A DNA stretch of 64,000 nucleotides from Nitrospinaceae bacterium (lineage in GTDB: Bacteria > Nitrospinota > Nitrospinia > Nitrospinales > Nitrospinaceae), in contig OZ245011.1 in assembly GCA_965223665.1 (NCBI GenBank), positions 1,376,001 to 1,440,000 of the forward strand. Reading direction: 5' to 3'. Under the pieces are notes generated by a model. That model saw only the letters and a program-made list of their open reading frames with translations, was not told where the DNA came from and ran no database searches. The position numbers and the translations under genes are program-made. Below are positions 28,388 through 37,982 of the stretch, piece by piece (the first letter of the stretch is position 1; every line of letters starts with the position of its first letter).

Positions 28388-28642
28388 ATGAATGACTTCA
28401 ACGATATTTTGAATCAATGTAAATTTTGTGAGTATTGGTCGGAGGTGCCGGAATCATTTTTTCACAACATGCGGGCCTGCCGGAAACTGACCTTCCATCC
28501 GGAATTCGACAAGATGGTCTACGAGGTGTATCTCTCGGAAGGTCGAGACTATCGACAACATGAGACAGGTCCGGAATTCGGATGCATTCATTTTACGCCT
28601 CGAAGAATTCCTTCTAATGGAAATGGGAAAGTCAGTGCATAA
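28388..28642 (+). CDS. Small Cys-containing phage hypothetical protein
   Basis: CKFCEYW...C...T.PEFGCIHF; GAGG RBS; operonic with the replication genes. Confidence 0.55.
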   Translation: MNDFNDILNQCKFCEYWSEVPESFFHNMRACRKLTFHPEFDKMVYEVYLSEGRDYRQHETGPEFGCIHFTPRRIPSNGNGKVSA

Positions 28643-28866
28643 AGGTGACTCACCCTACCCCTCTTTAGGAAAGAAACCTTTGCGTAAGCCAGAAAATATA
28701 AAACCCATGGAGGTAAAATCCCCCTAACCCCCTTCACAAAGGGGGAATACATGGGGCTTCTTTTTTAATCTGTTGTGTTTTGATCTAAACCCGGGGTTAC
28801 GCAAAACTCTCTTTAGGAATGATGGAATACATCAATTTTCCCACTCACATAACTTTCTAAAGGAAA

Positions 28867-29157
28867 ATGATTTTGAATCGTTCTGGACCTTATGAAATAA
28901 ACGATATTGAGAAAGACATTCGCGCGGAGGATTTTCCTGAGGGCTCGTTACTGAACAAATTGTTGACCGCGGTCAAAGGGGAACATGCGGCGATTATTTG
29001 TTTGAAGGTCCTGGCTGAAGAAGCGGCGAAAGATCCGCAACGCCGGATTCATATCCGCAACTGGTCGGGTATCATTCGCAAAGCCAACGATCGGGATTTT
29101 AATAGAAAGACTCACTCGCCCCGGACAACGTCCGGAGGAAAAAATGATTTGCGATGA
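28867..29157 (+). CDS. Hypothetical protein
   Basis: 96-aa ORF with AAGGA RBS. Confidence 0.5.
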   Translation: MILNRSGPYEINDIEKDIRAEDFPEGSLLNKLLTAVKGEHAAIICLKVLAEEAAKDPQRRIHIRNWSGIIRKANDRDFNRKTHSPRTTSGGKNDLR

Positions 29158-29311
29158 GTTATTGAGATCGCCGAATGTTCAGAGATTTTTCCTGGAAAAT
29201 TGGGAAAACCTCTAAAAAAAAACCTTTAGTTTACTCAAGTTTTTGTGATTATTCCCTCTGGTAAAAACAATTAACTAGTTTTAAAAATGGTGGCCACCAA
29301 GCCCATATTGT

Positions 29312-29440
29312 CTACCTACAAGGTGGACGTCGAGTGTACGACGTTACCAAACGGCCATTCCTAATAAACGGGCGAACCCGCACAGTTTTCAGCCGCGGTG
29401 GGCAGATTTTAGGGATTCCCTTAATGCGTTTTATAGGCAT
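29312..29440 (-). CDS. Small basic peptide (42 aa)
   Basis: AAAGGA RBS upstream of the ATG at 29440; MPIKRIKGIPKICPPRLKTVRVRPFIRNGRLVTSYTRRPPCR. Confidence 0.45.
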   Translation of the reverse strand: MPIKRIKGIPKICPPRLKTVRVRPFIRNGRLVTSYTRRPPCR

Positions 29441-29618
29441 TTGTAGGGTTCCTTTTATTATTGCGAGAACTGAGAGTCTCACTTTCTCTCCGAGCGGTAT
29501 TGCTCGCGGCCTATCAAGCGAACCACTGGAGATAAACAGAAGAATGGTGGCCACCACCCGCCTTAATTATACGCTAAAAAAGTGCTAAAATGGGCCTATT
29601 CCGAAACAATTTTGGGGA

Positions 29619-30260
29619 TTGGGTGTGCTTAATAAATGGATTTGGTCTCTTCTTGGCGTTGGTATCAGTATGATGATTTTTGCGCAAGAATATCTTAATT
29701 TACATTTTCCGAAAATATTTTATGAATTGATTTTTATTGCAGGGCTTATTATTTTCTTATTCGCATTATTGCTTGGTTTTAGACAAGTTTTAATTTACAA
29801 AAATATCATACCAGATAAATATGATGCTAGCGAAATGTTGAAAGAAGCAGACGTTTTAATTAATTACGTTCCAATTGAAAAAGCCGTTTATCATGTGGCT
29901 AAATTTTTAAACCCTCAAATAAACTTTAGTCATTTACATATCACTAATGATTTAGGACCGGCTTGTGATTTGCTTGTTGAGAAGTTTAGAAACGGCGAAT
30001 TGATGGCTAAAGGTAAAAAAACAAATATTGTATTTGAAGGTGGACGAAAAAAATATAAAGCGCATTCAACAGATGAAAACATTGAGTTTTCTCAGGAAGA
30101 TTGGACTTATAGAACATTAAAGCCATTAGCCTCAACCATTACCTATCAAGAGGATGCGCAAACAGAATCTTACGGGAGTGAAGAAGATTTAACTCAGTTG
30201 ACAGCTTTAAAGGTTGATTTTAATAAAGTAAAAAAACTATGGCCTGTAGAAAATACTTAA
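29619..30260 (+). CDS. Hypothetical membrane protein (two N-terminal TM helices)
   Basis: 213-aa AT-rich ORF with two hydrophobic stretches followed by a soluble domain. Confidence 0.6.
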   Translation: MGVLNKWIWSLLGVGISMMIFAQEYLNLHFPKIFYELIFIAGLIIFLFALLLGFRQVLIYKNIIPDKYDASEMLKEADVLINYVPIEKAVYHVAKFLNPQINFSHLHITNDLGPACDLLVEKFRNGELMAKGKKTNIVFEGGRKKYKAHSTDENIEFSQEDWTYRTLKPLASTITYQEDAQTESYGSEEDLTQLTALKVDFNKVKKLWPVENT

Positions 30261-30327
30261 GCCTAAAAAAGGCTAGAAAAAAGAGTCAAATCAAAACCAA
30301 ATTTTTATTTTCCTTATTTATTAAGCC

Positions 30328-30741
30328 ATGAACCGAAATGAACACATTGAAGAAGAGTTTGTTCGGTCTTTTGTCATCAAACTCAAACGGGAGCGCGCGC
30401 TTTTCGATTTGGCCTCTCCTAAAAAGCGCGACCGATTCCTCAGCAAGCTTTGCCACGAATTCTATGAAATTCTGGACGATCGCTACCTGGAGAAAATACA
30501 AAATTCCTTTGCCGACGACACTCATCAATTGCTTAAAACACACGGCGCTCCGGAAAATTGTTACGTCTTATCATTTAATGAAACCGTCGATGGAAAGGAG
30601 CTTCCCCTTGCCGAGGCGTTAAGCCAAGTGGTGCACTACGGCATGCCGTCTATCGTGATATGCATCCCCGGAAAACTGGCTTACTTTGAAGCTGAGCAAA
30701 GTTACGGCCCTCCGCCTCGTTTTCTATTGAAACGTACCTGA
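30328..30741 (+). CDS. Hypothetical protein
   Basis: 137-aa ORF with globular composition (EE.FV..F....KRER....L...KKR..FL..L.H, DG.EL.L.EAL). Confidence 0.65.
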   Translation: MNRNEHIEEEFVRSFVIKLKRERALFDLASPKKRDRFLSKLCHEFYEILDDRYLEKIQNSFADDTHQLLKTHGAPENCYVLSFNETVDGKELPLAEALSQVVHYGMPSIVICIPGKLAYFEAEQSYGPPPRFLLKRT

Positions 30742-31010
30742 TGAGAAAAAGAAAACGAGGAGTTTGATGCGAGTAGGAGTTGGTTCTATTTATAGGGGAA
30801 TTTTTCGTGATGGCCTGGGAAAGGATCCGCTCGAAAAAGAGAACCTTAATAACCCCTTTTTAGGTGTTATTATTGTAGAAATATTAATCAGGGTATTCCC
30901 GTTTGGGCTAATTCAGAAAGTCCTTTAAATACCCCACTCTCTCAGGACATTATATTATATATATTTACAGAGTTATCCCCAACTCGATATTACTTTTATA
31001 TAACTTTTAC

Positions 31011-31040
31011 CATTTAAAACTTGTATAAGTTTTATAAATG
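31011..31040. promoter_or_regulatory. Palindromic operator candidate upstream of the DUF4142-cupredoxin operon
   Basis: TAAAACTT-GTAT-AAGTTTTA (31015-31034), flanked by CATTT/AAATG, in an AT-rich promoter region. Confidence 0.5.
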
Positions 31041-31112
31041 TTATATTGTTCTCAATAATTGTTTTATCCATTTTTCCTCAATTAATATCAAATTCTAAAG
31101 TGGGAGACTCGA

Positions 31113-31670
31113 GTGATGAGATTAAACACATTATTGAAACCGATCCACCTGTTCCTTTTGGCCGCAGCTTTTGCGGGATGCTCGCACAGTCCCGAGCCCG
31201 CTTCGACCGCGACCCAGGACACCTTGTCCGATGCCAACATCGCCGCCATTGTGGTGGGGGCCAATAAAATTGATATTTCCGCTGGGAAAATTGCTTTGGA
31301 CCGGTCGACCAATCCCAAGGTTAAAGAGTTTGCTCAACGCATGGTCACCGATCACCAATCGGTTTTGGACTCTGCGGTCCAATTGGCCACACGCCTGGGC
31401 GTGACTCCGGTGGATAACGATTTGGTGCACACCCTGGCCAGACAGTCCACCGAGCACGAAGCGAAATTGAAAACGCTTTCCGGTAAAGAGTTCGACAAAA
31501 CTTACATCGATCACGAAGTGGCTTATCACGAAGCGGTGATCAATGTGGTCAAAACCCAATTAATTCCCGGAGCGGACAATAAAGAATTGAAAGACACGTT
31601 GACCTCCGTGCTTCCTGCGTTTGACGCGCATTTGGCTCACAGTAAAACTGTGCAGGCAAGCCTCCAATGA
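31113..31670 (+). CDS. DUF4142 domain lipoprotein
   Basis: Lipobox FAGC; DANIAAIV..AN..DI..G..AL..S.N..VKEFA.RMV.DH, LSGKEFDKTYIDHEVAYH. Confidence 0.88.
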   Translation: MMRLNTLLKPIHLFLLAAAFAGCSHSPEPASTATQDTLSDANIAAIVVGANKIDISAGKIALDRSTNPKVKEFAQRMVTDHQSVLDSAVQLATRLGVTPVDNDLVHTLARQSTEHEAKLKTLSGKEFDKTYIDHEVAYHEAVINVVKTQLIPGADNKELKDTLTSVLPAFDAHLAHSKTVQASLQ

Positions 31671-32041
31671 TACAGAGGTGGTTCAAAGGGGCAAGGGTCG
31701 TTCCGGTTGGGTTCGGAGCGGCTCTTCCCTTTTTAATAATGGCGCTTACGGCTTGTGGCCATTCGGTTTCTTCACCTGACACTTTACCGAAACCGGCCAC
31801 GCATCACATTGTCATTAAAAAGTTTAAGTTTTTACCGAAAACCTTAACCGTGGCCCCGGGGGACACCGTGAAATGGGAAAACCAGGACATTGTCCCGCAT
31901 CAAATCGCAGAAGGCTCGCTGCAGCAATGGAAATCTCAAGAGCTAAAAGCGAAAGACATATTCACCCGTCAAATCGAAGGAGAGGTTTCCTATATTTGCA
32001 AACTGCATCCGACCATGAAGGGAAAAATCGTACTCCATTAA
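31667..32041 (+). CDS. Cupredoxin (amicyanin/plastocyanin-like) lipoprotein
   Basis: F.PKTLTV.PGDTV.W.N.D..PH and YICKLHPTMKGKI supply the type-1 Cu ligands H, C, H, M; lipobox LTAC. Confidence 0.9.
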   Translation: MIQRWFKGARVVPVGFGAALPFLIMALTACGHSVSSPDTLPKPATHHIVIKKFKFLPKTLTVAPGDTVKWENQDIVPHQIAEGSLQQWKSQELKAKDIFTRQIEGEVSYICKLHPTMKGKIVLH

Positions 32042-32127
32042 ACCCGTTTTTTGGGATGCGATACAAAGGCCTGCGTTAATTATTCAGGTAAACTCAGGAA
32101 AGACGCGTGGATAGAGGGGAAAACCGG

Positions 32128-32766
32128 TCACTCTTCTCGCGGAATGACCTTAAACTTGCAAACTTCACCTTCGCGTATAATGCATTCCTGGTGGTCAATG
32201 TGGCTGTCTAACAAGGTTTCCAGCAAGGCGCGGTCCAGTTGGCAAACTTCTTCAAACTCGCTCGCCAGGTGATGGTAAACACAATTGTAGGCTTTAATGA
32301 CGGGAAGGCTTTCGCCCTCGGCCTGAACGATTTTCGTTTCAAATCCCAAACCTTGCATGATACTTGAAACCTCCTCGATTTTTTCAATGAGGCTCATGCC
32401 GGATAATTTGGATTTCAAACCTTTTCCAAGGTTTCTTCCAATTTCATCCATCTTGGTTTCAAGACCTTCGAATCCTAATTGCGCTTTGAGGGAATTCAAA
32501 AGCAGCTCGGAAAACCAGGAGTATTGCTTGGGGAACAGGTCAATGCCTTTTTCGCTCAGTTTATAAACCTGGCTGGGGCGACCGCGCGTGGAGTTCAATT
32601 CGCCTTTGACAATGTAGCCGCCTTTTTCCAGGGCCATCGTATGCTGCTGCACCGCGTTTCGGGAAATGCCCAGCTCGGTGGCCAGTTCATCGATGGTGAG
32701 TCCCGATTTATGGAACAACAGTTTTTCCAACAATTCGCTTTGACGATGCCCAAATCCATAAAACAT
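32128..32766 (-). CDS. ArsR/SufR-like HTH transcriptional regulator with Cys-containing sensor domain
   Basis: GLTIDELATELGISRNAVQQH..LE..G, RGRP...Y.L...G...FP..Y, NCVY..LA.....C..D, C......C. Confidence 0.85.
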   Translation of the reverse strand: MFYGFGHRQSELLEKLLFHKSGLTIDELATELGISRNAVQQHTMALEKGGYIVKGELNSTRGRPSQVYKLSEKGIDLFPKQYSWFSELLLNSLKAQLGFEGLETKMDEIGRNLGKGLKSKLSGMSLIEKIEEVSSIMQGLGFETKIVQAEGESLPVIKAYNCVYHHLASEFEEVCQLDRALLETLLDSHIDHQECIIREGEVCKFKVIPREE

Positions 32767-33059
32767 AAAATCGTTCCTATTCAGAGAGAACTAACGCTTA
32801 TCCAAATATAATTTTACCAAATATCTGTGGCCCGAGTTCGAAAAGTTTCACGCCGGATTTGAAAAAAAAAGCGCCCTCCGGCAAGGTGATTGTCAGAGGG
32901 ATTTGCGGGGAAATTGGGCCACCCGGTCCCAAAAAAATAATTTTGTAAGGTGGCGGGTGGAGCCGAGACTAATAGGCTCTCGCATGATAGTCGCGAGGTC
33001 GGTGGACTTCCTCCGGCAAAATAAAATTAACAATCTGAGCCAAGTTAAGGGGGCATATC

Positions 33060-33359
33060 ATGAGTAATCGAAATGGAAATTTAGTCGGCGGCGATGCGGA
33101 ACATCCGGCATCGGGCCTGGTCAAAATAGAAGGCAACGTGGTGAAACTGGTGGACGTTCAAATTACAGAAGCGCCGGACGGACGCGTGATTCTGAGCAAA
33201 GATCTGGACGAGGCGAGCGGTGTGCGTTTAGGCAAACTGCAGGGGTTCACCGGAAGTCATGAGTACCCGATTCCGGAGGGCACCAATCCTGACGAGTACA
33301 ACAGCGTTCTCATCTGGTGCGACCAGTTTAACGTGCCCATCGGGAAAGTGGATTTATAG
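33060..33359 (+). CDS. DM13 domain protein
   Basis: H.ASG.V, APDGRVILSK, LGKLQGF.G...Y.IP......YNSVLIWC..F.V. Confidence 0.85.
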   Translation: MSNRNGNLVGGDAEHPASGLVKIEGNVVKLVDVQITEAPDGRVILSKDLDEASGVRLGKLQGFTGSHEYPIPEGTNPDEYNSVLIWCDQFNVPIGKVDL

Positions 33360-33517
33360 TTTCCAGCGTGACGCTGGACCCACTCACTCGCCGTGAGGGG
33401 CAACCAGGCCCCTCCTGGTGGGAACTTTATTTTTCATTGAATGATTGAGAATACAGAATCTGAAAATTTTTTCTAAAGTAAAGTTCATCTTTAGAAGAAA
33501 ACCAAAAAAAGAGAGCC

Positions 33518-34082
33518 GATGTGCCCCCTCTTTCCCAACCTGCGGTTGGATGCAAAAAGTATATTAAGAAATTGATGGATAGACGAACTGAATAGAGCCA
33601 TAGGATATTCCTACTTCCCCCAGGCGTTGCCTGGTGGGGTGATTCACATTCAGGGGTTTTATATTTTCCTTTAGAAGTGAATAAGGAAGGAAAGGACCAT
33701 GCGTTCCCCCTTTATGAAGGGGGCTAGGGGGATTTTTCCACTCTCCGTGGAGGCAACTATAATTTGCGATGATCGGTGATCCCTGCCGATCCCGCTAAAC
33801 CTTTTCCAAAGTTTAGTTTTCCTTTAGAAACCAATGAAAGAGAGAAAGGGGATGTGCCCCCTCTTTCCCAACCTGCGGTTGGATGCAAAAAGTATATTAA
33901 GAAATTGATGGATAGACGAACTGAATAGAGCCATAGGATATTCCTACTTCCCCCAGGCGTTGCCTGGTGGGGTGATTCACATTCAGGGGTTTTATATTTT
34001 CCTTTAGAAGTGAATAAGGAAGGAAAGGACCATGTGTTCCCCCTTTATGAAGGGGGCTAGGGGGATTTTTCCACTCTCCGTG
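33518..34082. repeat. Tandem direct repeat of a 232-bp REP-mosaic unit (33518-33749 and 33851-34082)
   Basis: The copies are offset by 333 bp and differ at one visible position (CATGCG vs CATGTG). Confidence 0.9.
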
Positions 34083-34099
34083 AAAACAACTAGGATTGT

Positions 34100-34612
34100 T
34101 CACTTTTTAGCCTGCGCCTGCCGCCAAAAGTTTTGCGCCGTTTGATAAAACTGGTTGAACTGTTGCTCGGAAGAGAAACTGCGCTTGGGAATGATGTGGA
34201 ATAAGTAACTAGATATTCGGAAAAGCAGGAAGGATTTCACAACTTTTATCTCTTCAATCCCTCCCCACAGGCTGGTCCCTTCATTGGCGGTTGTCTTTTC
34301 ATGCAATCCTTTTTCATCGATTTCATAATGGTGCTCACCTAGAATTCCATTCGACTTTTTGGACGACGCCAGAATAATGCAAAAACTAATAATTACCCCC
34401 ACAAGCATGGCAATCAATCCGACTGTTACTGATACAAAAATATTTATCAACCAGTCTTTAAGACAATTGGGGACCCCGTAGAGCCACAAATTAAACATAA
34501 AAGAAAAAAATATTATATATCCTAATGCTTTATGGTTCGCCTTCAATTTATAAAATATTGAAAGGTTAAACTGAAGCAAGTCTTTTCGAGTAAGATCTGT
34601 CGTTACTTTCAT
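34100..34612 (-). CDS. YcxB-like membrane protein
   Basis: Two TM helices, then G..G.H..EI...GL.E.T.......W..I..I.....HIIPKRSF. Confidence 0.8.
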   Translation of the reverse strand: MKVTTDLTRKDLLQFNLSIFYKLKANHKALGYIIFFSFMFNLWLYGVPNCLKDWLINIFVSVTVGLIAMLVGVIISFCIILASSKKSNGILGEHHYEIDEKGLHEKTTANEGTSLWGGIEEIKVVKSFLLFRISSYLFHIIPKRSFSSEQQFNQFYQTAQNFWRQAQAKK

Positions 34613-35092
34613 CGGATTCCATTAATGAGTGTGAAGCCGGTGTGCACCCTCTTTCCTAAAGAGGGCTGGGGTGATTCACATTCAGGGGTTTGAAATTATT
34701 TTAAAAATCTACTGGAGGTAAAATCCCCCTGGCCCCCTTCATAAAGGGGGAACACATGGCCTTCATTCAATAATTTCTTCTGAAGGTTAAACATCAAAAT
34801 CAAAAAAGTTTTCATAATTCTGTCAGCAAGTAACCTCATCGCACATAAATTATGAGTGCAGCATCACGCTGCCGTCGCAAATGAATGCTGCCGCCGGCCG
34901 GGCCAGGGTAACGCTGAACCCGAAAATTATTTACTATGGTCTGCGATAACAACTGAATCCACCTAATATTTCTAAAGTTGAGTTTTTCTTTAGAAACAAA
35001 TGAAAGAACGAAAGGGAATGTACCCCCTCTTTCCTAAAGAGGGCTGGGGTGATTGACCGCCTGGGAATTTTCGTTTTTAATTTCATATTAAA

Positions 35093-35785
35093 CTAGGCCT
35101 TTCCAGTGCCGGAGCGCACGCGGATTTTCGCCGGCGTTTTCGGCGAAGACATCACCGGACAGTTGTACAGTTTCGCTTCTACCTCATAATGCGAAAAGAA
35201 ACTGCGGTCACCCACTTTATACAGTTTATTCACTTCGTGCATATAGGCGGTGTTGGCGTTATCATCGACGGCGGCTTCACGGACTTTCATTTCCACATAA
35301 TGAATGTACATGTCATGCTCCGATGCTTTGCCAACGTACTTGCATCCCAACGGTTCATCATAGATGAGGTTGACCTTGAGTCGGGGATCCATCACAAACT
35401 TATCTTTGTTATGACAGCGATACGCCTGCGCGATGCCGTTCAAGTAAGGTTCCTTATCATAACCTTCGGAAGCCTCCATGGTTTTCCATCGCTTGAGAAC
35501 CTGAAACGTGTCGCCACCCACCTTGCCGGTTTTGTTGGTGAAGAACTTGGTGAACGCATCGAAGTTGTACTCCTCGTCATCGTACTCGGGGAAGTCGAGC
35601 ATCTTGATCGTGCCGAGGTCGATGCAATCCGACGGAGTCGCATTAACCTCTTTCACATGCTTGGCATGGGGACGCACCGTTCGAAACAAATTGCCCTGCA
35701 TGGCGCATCCCACGAAGAGCGAGGTTATATAAATGACAATAAGACCTTTGGCGAAATGGACCATGACCACCCGGTATCCTTTCAA
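35093..35785 (-). CDS. Lipoprotein with two DUF4156-like repeats
   Basis: Lipobox FVGC; two C..LG/VG...(GGD/NAN)T...A..Y.C units; more GC-rich codon usage than the flanks. Confidence 0.55.
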   Translation of the reverse strand: MKGYRVVMVHFAKGLIVIYITSLFVGCAMQGNLFRTVRPHAKHVKEVNATPSDCIDLGTIKMLDFPEYDDEEYNFDAFTKFFTNKTGKVGGDTFQVLKRWKTMEASEGYDKEPYLNGIAQAYRCHNKDKFVMDPRLKVNLIYDEPLGCKYVGKASEHDMYIHYVEMKVREAAVDDNANTAYMHEVNKLYKVGDRSFFSHYEVEAKLYNCPVMSSPKTPAKIRVRSGTGKA

Positions 35786-36102
35786 TCGATAGTTTTGTTG
35801 TAGAGAGAATTTTGAGATCAGAACTTATTTCGAGCCTAACCTATTATCCAGAGTAACGGATACCCAAAAAGGTGTAAAGCGCCCGTGCCGCCGTAGATTT
35901 TAAGTAAGGGAATTTGAGGGGGATTGGAGTGAATATTTGCCCTTTAAAAATAAACATGAACCCTAAAAGGCCCCAAAGTTGTACCTCAATTAAGCCATCA
36001 AACCTTCATATTTTATTAGCCCAAATTTTCCTTGATTACCAAAACGGATTTGGGTAGTGTTGAGAAAATAAATCTCTATTCTAAAAATCAGGGAGCATTA
36101 TT

Positions 36103-36981
36103 ATGGCAGTTCCACAAGGGTATGGGAATAAAAATACCGAAGGGGAAAAAGCTTCTAAAAATCAGAGTAAACAGTGTTTTGTAATAGCACCAATTGGAGC
36201 GGCAGACTCCGAAACCCGAAAGCGTTCAGATCAAGTATTAAAATATATAATTGAACCGCCCTTAAAAGAATTGGGATATGAAACAACTCGGGCTGACAAA
36301 ATTAGTGAACCTGGAATGATTTCAGGGCAAATTTTGCAATTTATTGAAGAAGCGGACCTTGTAATTGCAGATTTAACAGAGAGAAATCCTAACGTTTTTT
36401 ATGAGATTGCCTTTAGACACCTAATAAATAAACCTTTTATACATCTAATTCAAGATGGAGAAAATATACCATTTGATGTTTTTGATTTAAGAGCAATTCA
36501 TTTTAATCATAAAGATTTAGATAGTGTGGATCGAGCAAAAACCGAAATTAAATTACAAATAGAAGCTATTGAAAAACCCGATTTTGAATTAACTACACCT
36601 TTTTCAAATTCTATAAACTTAGAAAAACTTCAAAATAGTGAGAATTCGGAAGGCCAAGCAATTGGTCAAGTAGTGGAGGGCTTGCATCATCTAATTCGGT
36701 TGATTAGCAATTCAAATGAGCGACTAGACCGATTGGAAAACCTTCAACAAATCCAAAAACCGAATTATTTAGGTATGGGAAGCTCTGATCTAAGAGTTTA
36801 CACTCCATCATCACCTCCTGAATGGATTAAATACATTAATGAATTTTCTTTGGGGGGGAAAGCAACGGGAGAAAAAAAATTGAATAAAGATACAAAATTA
36901 AAAAATAAAGCATCGGGAAACCTCAAAAAAGAAAAAGACATAGAAAAAGAAAACTTAGGAAAAAGCAAGCCAGGACCATGA
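36103..36981 (+). CDS. Nucleoside 2-deoxyribosyltransferase-like (TIR-like Rossmannoid) domain protein
   Basis: CFVIAPIG...RKRSD.V...I.P....GY...RAD.I..PG.I...I...I..ADLVIADLT..NPNVFYE...H...KP.I.....PFDV. Confidence 0.8.
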   Translation: MAVPQGYGNKNTEGEKASKNQSKQCFVIAPIGAADSETRKRSDQVLKYIIEPPLKELGYETTRADKISEPGMISGQILQFIEEADLVIADLTERNPNVFYEIAFRHLINKPFIHLIQDGENIPFDVFDLRAIHFNHKDLDSVDRAKTEIKLQIEAIEKPDFELTTPFSNSINLEKLQNSENSEGQAIGQVVEGLHHLIRLISNSNERLDRLENLQQIQKPNYLGMGSSDLRVYTPSSPPEWIKYINEFSLGGKATGEKKLNKDTKLKNKASGNLKKEKDIEKENLGKSKPGP

Positions 36982-37088
36982 TAATTATTCACACCAGCAG
37001 TGTTGGCAACTAAAATCATCTTCCGAAAGATAACCACTAGCATCTTGCACACTAATATCAATTATCCAATCTGTATTCCCATCGCCAA

Positions 37089-37483
37089 TTACACAAAATG
37101 GATTTCGAGGTGGTTGGTGTCGGGGTCGTTGAAGTCCATGGCGATCCCATCTCAGCGGACCACAGGACCGGACCCCGTCCGGTCGGTAAATTTAATCTTC
37201 GATGAGTATCAGTAAATACGGTATCGTCGCAATGTTTTCGAAAATCTCAGTTGCCTCTGGCGGCTAGCCAGTCCTCACTCAGTTTGTCGATTTCTTTCGT
37301 GGTGTCTAAATCGGGGGCTTCGAACAGGGCCACGGCGGACGGACCCACCCTCACCATAATGTGCGGCGCTCCGGTTTCCAGGCGCATGAATACTTCGAAT
37401 CCTAAAACCTTCGTGTAAAAGTCTTCGGCGCGTTTGAGGTTGCGTACGTTCAAGGCAATGTGGTCGACTCCTTCGATTTTCAT
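37089..37483 (-). pseudogene. Disrupted VOC/glyoxalase family gene
   Basis: The N-terminal half (DHIALNVRNLKRAEDFYTKVLG...LFE) ends early at 37247. The family C-terminal motif survives downstream as GPVVR*DGIAMDFNDPDTNHLEIHFV* (TGA at 37152-37154, TAA at 37089-37091). Confidence 0.75.
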
Positions 37484-37982
37484 AGTTTCAACTCTTTATT
37501 TTAAAGTTTATTAATAAGGTCAATCACCCCAGCCCTCTTTAAAAAGAGGGAGCACATTCACCTTCGTTTTCTAATTTTTCTTCTAAAGGCAAACTTTACT
37601 TAAGAAAGTTTTGTGATGATTCTGCGCTCGCCACGGATCATCGAAAATAAAATATTCCCTCCAGGCGTGGCCCGGAAATCCCCCTAGCCCGCAGCGTGAC
37701 GCTGCACTCGGAATTAATCTTCAATGTGTTTCTTTGGAAACTGTATCTACAGAACTTCCCACAACGTCTTCTTTCATTTAGTTTAAAACCCCTGAAGGAA
37801 AAATCCCCCTAGCCCCCTTCATAAAGGGGGAACGCACCCACTTCTATCCTAATCTTCTTCTAAAGACCGGACCCCATCCGGTGGGAACATTTAATTTTCG
37901 ATTTATATAATTAGATGCAGAATCGGAGAGAAGTATTCAAAATTTATTCCGCGTATTGTTCCGGATCCCTAAAAGAACCACT

